Source: Welwitschia mirabilis
Lineage: Eukaryota
NCBI GenBank assembly: GCA_051453625.1
Contig: JBOZIK010000001.1
Coordinates: 16,308,150-16,352,029, forward strand
Direction: 5' to 3'
DNA: 43,880 nt
Shown here: positions 38,722 through 43,880 of the stretch, in pieces
How the letters are laid out: every line of letters starts with the position of its first letter
Position numbering within the stretch: the first letter of the stretch is position 1
Program-made: the position numbers and the translations under genes
The notes under the pieces: model-generated
Seen by the model: the letters and a program-made list of their open reading frames with translations, nothing else
Database searches by the model: none
What the model was told of the DNA's origin: nothing

Positions 38722-39000
38722 TACTACATGAAATAAAGGCTTTTAAGGTATTTATTTAAATAAATTTTTTTGTTATAGGGCATTTTAAGCACTCATTTTA
38801 ATAAATTTCTTGAATTAAAAAAATTATAATCTTTTTAAGGCATTTTTAAAATGAACGCCTTAAAATCTCATTTTAACTATTTTTAAGATGTGTATTAAAA
38901 AATGCCTTAAATTCCTTTCCTCTTTTAAGGGTTTAACTAAATAAATGCCATAAAAGATGATATCTTTTAAGATGTTTAATTGGACAAATGCCTTAAAAGC
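38722..39000 (+). mobile_element. CACTA/EnSpm-like terminus with subterminal repeats
   Basis: TACTACATGAAA (decayed CACTACAAGAAA), then ~10 copies of TTTTAAGGCATTT / AAATGCCTTAAAA in both orientations (e.g. 38741, 38834, 38854, 38900, 38943, 38986). Confidence 0.7.
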
Positions 39001-40701
39001 TGAGTAAAATTACCTCCTCCTTTTACTAAACATAAAACCATCATGTGTGTAAAAGACATTATATTGCAAAATCTAGAGGGATCGCATGCGTAGTTGCTTA
39101 GAAGAAGGCAATTTTTCTTCTTTGAAAGGGGAGACATCCTAATCATACCTATATCCATTTCACACATTTTTATTTAGTTATTAATCCATAAGGCTAGTGC
39201 CTGAATTATTATGTGGAATAATTCTCTCGAAAATCAGAAGAATAATATGTGCTTTCTTTGAAGATAAATATTTTATTTGAGATTTTAACATTGCAAACAT
39301 CATTCTGTATAACTAGGAATAGGCACCCAAATCCTCTCCAACATCCTCTTCTACAACTGTAGTGCCTCATACTGCTAGTAAGTATAGACACATATCTTCT
39401 TAAATTACCCTGACCCTAACATGCTTTAGAACTTTAGAAATTAAACTTCACAGTTAACTCTTACTTTCATTGTATTGTCTTTGTTTGTTTGCTAGTAGTT
39501 TTTAATCTTAAAGCATACTATCTCTCTATGACATTACTATTCTAATTTCTTTCATTTTTTTATTACTTGCATGAACACAGTTTTGAGTGTGTACATTATA
39601 GAAGATTCCTGAAATTAAATTAGGAACTAAAATCATGCATCTATTTGGTAAATCTACAGTCATTAAAGAATGATGTAATTTATTTTGTTTTATCAATAAC
39701 TAACTAGCATGTAATCTTGTATTTAGTTTGGATAATGTTATTGATTTATAGTTCTAAGTAAAAATTTATGATCNNNNNNNNNNNNNNNNNNNNNNNNNNN
39801 NNNNNNNNNNNNNNNNNNNNNNNNNNNNNNNNNNNNNNNNNNNNNNNNNNNNNNNNNNNNNNNNNNNNNNNNNNNNNNNNNNNNNNNNNNNNNNNNNNNN
39901 NNNNNNNNNNNNNNNNNNNNNNNNNNNNNNNNNNNNNNNNNNNNNNNNNNNNNNNNNNNNNNNNNNNNNNNNNNNNNNNNNNNNNNNNNNNNNNNNNNNN
40001 NNNNNNNNNNNNNNNNNNNNNNNNNNNNNNNNNNNNNNNNNNNNNNNNNNNNNNNNNNNNNNNNNNNNNNNNNNNNNNNNNNNNNNNNNNNNNNNNNNNN
40101 NNNNNNNNNNNNNNNNNNNNNNNNNNNNNNNNNNNNNNNNNNNNNNNNNNNNNNNNNNNNNNNNNNNNNNNNNNNNNNNNNNNNNNNNNNNNNNNNNNNN
40201 NNNNNNNNNNNNNNNNNNNNNNNNNNNNNNNNNNNNNNNNNNNNNNNNNNNNNNNNNNNNNNNNNNNNNNNNNNNNNNNNNNNNNNNNNNNNNNNNNNNN
40301 NNNNNNNNNNNNNNNNNNNNNNNNNNNNNNNNNNNNNNNNNNNNNNNNNNNNNNNNNNNNNNNNNNNNNNNNNNNNNTATGATCAACATGACTATTCTGA
40401 CTAGTGGACAAAGTTGTAGATAAGGCTTTTAAGCTTGGATTAATTCATAAGATATTAAAATAAAAATTTATTGATCATGACCTATGCTTCTTGTGTCTGG
40501 CATTCTTTGCTTAGCCATAGTTATATATGCATAAATTGGAGCTTCATTCTTAATAGCTGGGCCAATTATAGTATTTTTTTTAAAGCATAAAATTTTATAA
40601 TTTACATAACCTTTTGGGTGCATAGGATGATACTTGAGATATAAACAATAATCAAAAAAATAAAGCACTATAGCACTAGGTATAATTAATAAATTATAAA
40701 T

Positions 40702-40872
40702 TCAATGTTTATCCATTTCTAATGCTCTAGAATAATTCTTCTTCTTAGTTATATGATAGTAAATAGAAATTACAGTGCTAATATGTACTTCCAAGTGTTC
40801 AATAATGGTTTTTGATTCTAGATTCCACATACATACATAATTATCCTCTGAGCCACTAACTATGTGCAAGTA
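40702..40872 (-). pseudogene. WDR5: WD40 fragment, C-terminal repeat(s) of a WDR5-like (COMPASS) protein
   Basis: HIVSGSEDNYVCMWNLESKTIIEHLEVHISTVISIYYHIT...ALEMDK vs WDR5 YIVSGSEDNCVYLWxLQSxxIVQKLEGHTDTVISVxCHPTENxIASxALxNDK. Confidence 0.85.
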
Positions 40873-41258
40873 GCCTCTATCAAGAATCAATTACAAATAT
40901 AAACCACTAACTATGTGTAACTAATCTAATATCATATTAGATTTCATTACAAATGAGGTATATTTGAATAAAGCCTATAAAAGATCAAGTATATTCAAAG
41001 TTAAGAGTCACAGTTTAAGTTGTGTTCCAAAGTGCTTTATTTAAGTTGTATACATGATTAGGTTATTAACTATTAATGAAGCCTAGAGGCTTTTCTACAT
41101 TAGACTTTCTCACTAATAGTAACATTAAAAAAAAAAGCAATTTTTACCTCTATTTTTGAAAACCTAATTTTATAAGAAATAGCAAAAATGAACTAAACTC
41201 TAATGATTTCTAATTTAGCAACTATAACATAGGTCTTATAATAATTAATATCTAAATT

Positions 41259-41570
41259 AACCTTATGCCACTACTTAAGCTTTGTTTTTTATAATGTTCC
41301 ATCTTCATCCATTTTATTTTTAAACATCTATTTGGTTCTTACCACATGCTTACCTTGATCTCTAGGAACTAGTTGCCATACATTAGTTCTTATAAATTGG
41401 TTTAGGTATTTTTGCATGGCCTCTATATAATAGCTATCCCTTAAAGCTTCATTGTTATTCTTCTCCACCTATGAATCAAACAAAAAGTCAACAAAATATT
41501 CTTCATATCTCTTCTTATCTCTACTCCTAAATAATATCCTCCAACAATAATTTATTGGATGATGCCTTCA
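41259..41570 (-). pseudogene. Copia (SIRE-like) RT N-terminal fragment
   Basis: NEALRDSYYIEAMQKYLNQFIRTNVWQLVPRDQGKHVVRTK*MFKNKMDEDGTL*KNKA*VVA*G. Confidence 0.9.
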
Positions 41571-42001
41571 AATTCTAGAAGACAACAAGATGTATTTAAT
41601 TTGTGATAAAGATAATAAAGATAGATTAGCAATGTAGGAGATGTTATCAATGGTAGAAGATAACTGCTTCACATTAGATGGAGGAGTTATGTCATTGTCA
41701 TCTACTATGTTTGAGGAGAATGGTAATGAAAGGGAAGATAAGGAATCTCATGATATGTGAACCATAATATCATTATCCTTAATTCCTTCATTATGATTGA
41801 AAATTGTTAAATCAATGACTAGTTAACATAACTTTATAAATATAAATCAATAACAAATTGTTCTAGACCAATTTGTTGTAATAGTTTTTTTGATCTCATA
41901 ATATCGATTAAGCTTCCTTTAGTATTCCACCAGATCTCACCTTGACCTTTTCTACTACAAAATTTAAGAATTAATTAATCAAATATAGAAAGTATTGAAA
42001 T

Positions 42002-42901
42002 GTAGGAAGTCATAAATATATCACTACTGATGCTGCCCTTAAAGGAAAGAGAATGATTTATGAAAATGGCATTTCAATACTAGTTTTGACCCCAATTCCT
42101 TAATAAAGTTTACCAATCTATTTCAAATTCCTTTACTTTCATGCCTATCATATCTCCATTTCCAGTCACATTTGTAATGAGGATTAGGTAGAAGTAATAA
42201 TATCCATTGATAGTGAGCCTTATGTTCCTCTCTTTCATATATTTGATCTCGTACTTCTCAAAAATTCAATACCATTCAATCACTCATTAATCAACTAATA
42301 AATATTTAGTAATTTGGGATAAGAGATGTAACTTTTGTATTAAATAGGAGTAATTCCAGCTCTTCAAATGCCAATTTATTGGAAGACAGTCATAGATAAA
42401 TCAAAATATATTTTGAGAGGGTTATATCAACCTCTATCATTGCTTGAAAGAGCATAACTAAGAGGGCACAAGTTCATTATAGTAACTATAATAGAAGGGC
42501 TACCAGAAAAACATCATTGAGGGTCATCCACACATTTTATTTTAAATCAAGTTTCATAGGCAGATCCACTATTAAAGAGAATAGTGCTAAGCATAGCAAT
42601 GCTTATTCCATGTCCTTGATTAATAAATTCCCATATCCACAGGCCCCAACTATACTAATCATACATCAAATGATTAAAAATACGTAACACACTTTTCTTA
42701 GTAAAATTTAAGTATAGATAATCTTGGGAACTTACCCATAGTTCCGATGGCATCAGAACCTTCATAGAAAGTGACATAGGCATATTGCCATCTAGATCTC
42801 TCTTTAATTTCTCCTAAAATCAACAATAAAGATGTCAACATGAATATTGTTTTAAGTACTCACATTGTTATTTTGCCAACGAATAATAGTGCATTCTTCA
42901 T
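42002..42901 (-). pseudogene. EXPA: Alpha-expansin pseudogene with two introns, 3'-truncated
   Basis: Exon 1 (42736-42901): hydrophobic leader + WQYAYVTFYEGSDAIGTM|GTAAG. Intron 1: 42650-42735. Exon 2 (~42332-42649): GACGYGNL..QGHG...LSTILFNSG...KIKCVDDPQ*CFSGSPSIIVTIMNLCP...G*YNP..YFDLSM..F..I...RAGITPI. Exon 3 (~42002-42247): IRLTINGYYYFYLILITNVTGNGD...W*TLLRNWGQN*Y*N....HSLSFK. Confidence 0.95.
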
Positions 42902-43069
42902 TTGATACCATAACTCTTTTGTGCCTTACTGCAGACCCATCCTCTTTTGAATATTTCAAACATTACATTAGTTATTTTCTTTTGTACTTTATTGGTTCAT
43001 AATTATATTCTATGTTGTGCATGAGATGAAGGGAACTAGTAGAGTCTCATTTTCTTCACTCCCTCTATA

Positions 43070-43420
43070 GTGTTTCTATAGAATTTTAAAACTTCTATGG
43101 ATCATCTCCAACAACAAAAACATTACTTTCATGATATATAAACATAAGTTGCCTTTTTGACTTTCTAGTATCTTTTAAAAGTCCTTTTAAATCATACAAA
43201 TATGTAAATTCATGATAAAGTACATCATAGTTCTTGAAACATGTTACATTTATAGTCCTTCTAATAGGCCCTAGCTTATAGACCTTTGTATATGTCTTCA
43301 ATGGCAAAGCTCATTACTGATACCTTGCTTTCTATAAAAGACAACTATCTTCTACTATGATGGCAAAATCTAAACTATTTAGGAGGTTTTTCATGCCAAG
43401 GAACTAAGAACTGAGAATGG
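43070..43420 (-). pseudogene. ARF: Auxin response factor (class A-like) C-terminal fragment with PB1 (III/IV) domain
   Basis: NSLDFAI..DSCLL...PLKTYTKVYKLGPIRRTINVTCFKNYDVLYHE...DLKGLLKDTRKSKRQLMFIYHESNVFVVGDDP* vs ARF RTYTKVYKxGSxGRSIDVTRFxxYxELRxEL..W.LVYVDHENDVLLVGDDPW. Confidence 0.92.
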
Positions 43421-43674
43421 TTATATAGGAAATCTATGGTTTCATGTCCTTTGTAGTTAAAATGGAGACCAAGCTTTCATTAGAAAATTGGCAAAGCATT
43501 ATCATGTTAAAATTTCTATGGTTGCATGTCCTTTGTAGAGGAAATCTATGATTATAATGTGTACTTATATATGGGATTCCAAATGTAGGTTCTTCAATGG
43601 TAGCTTATATTCCTAAAATAGAACAACTGAGTTAGGGTTAAAATGAACAAGTGAGAGTGTAGAAGATGGTTTAC

Positions 43675-43880
43675 AGAAATAAGACTAGTGGAGAGTCCAT
43701 CTTCAAAGTCAAATTCCTAGATAAAAACATTATCAAGAAGCACACTAGTCCCAACATTCTATCAATGGTAAATACCAAACCTAACATCAATGGCTTTTAG
43801 TTGTTCATATGTACTGATAATACTAAATGACTTGATGAAAAACATGTCATGTATAGTGAAGGCCATTGAGGTTGAAGGTT
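43675..43880 (+). pseudogene. Cyclophilin (PPIase) fragment, decayed
   Basis: NKTSGESIFKVKFLDKNIIKKHTSPNILSMVNTKPNINGF*LFICTDNTK*LDEKHVM vs [59 protein letters not shown]. Confidence 0.93.

Noticed and set aside
39355-39367. TGTAGTG as the right CACTA terminus
   Set aside because: No adjacent subterminal repeats, the inner TIR does not match, and the flank CCT does not match the left flank TTA
39300-39380. PPR-like fragment on the minus strand (QYEALQL*KRMLERIWVP)
   Set aside because: Too short to distinguish from chance without an HMM search
40468-40668. 66-aa ORF or opposite-strand hydrophobic frame as another captured gene
   Set aside because: No recognisable family motif
42002-42901. 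Functional expansin gene
   Set aside because: Multiple stops, a frameshift after GACGYGNL, a mutated intron-2 donor and a missing C-terminus

Overview
AT-rich, gapped plant nuclear DNA consisting almost entirely of old, nested transposable elements. There is no intact protein-coding gene. (1) 1.2-7.9 kb: a decayed Ty1/copia (SIRE-like) element whose integrase and first half of RT are deleted. Its gag is interrupted by an Athila-type Ty3/gypsy pol fragment bracketed by GA-rich microsatellites. (2) 9106-38477: a ~29 kb three-LTR tandem (LTR-internal-LTR-internal-LTR) of an apparently non-coding, Tekay-like LARD, flanked by one near-perfect 5-bp TSD. Nested inside it are a gag-only copia element (TR-GAG-like, 10664-13838) and a gag+protease-only Athila element (15001-22993), each with its own LTR pair and TSD. 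(3) 38.7-43.9 kb: a CACTA-like terminus, then a dense mosaic of decayed fragments from unrelated genes: WDR5, a copia RT piece, an intron-containing alpha-expansin, a class-A ARF PB1 domain and a cyclophilin. This resembles a gene-capturing Pack-type element. All relics show strong C>T/G>A decay. Family assignments come from manual translation and motif recognition, not database searches.
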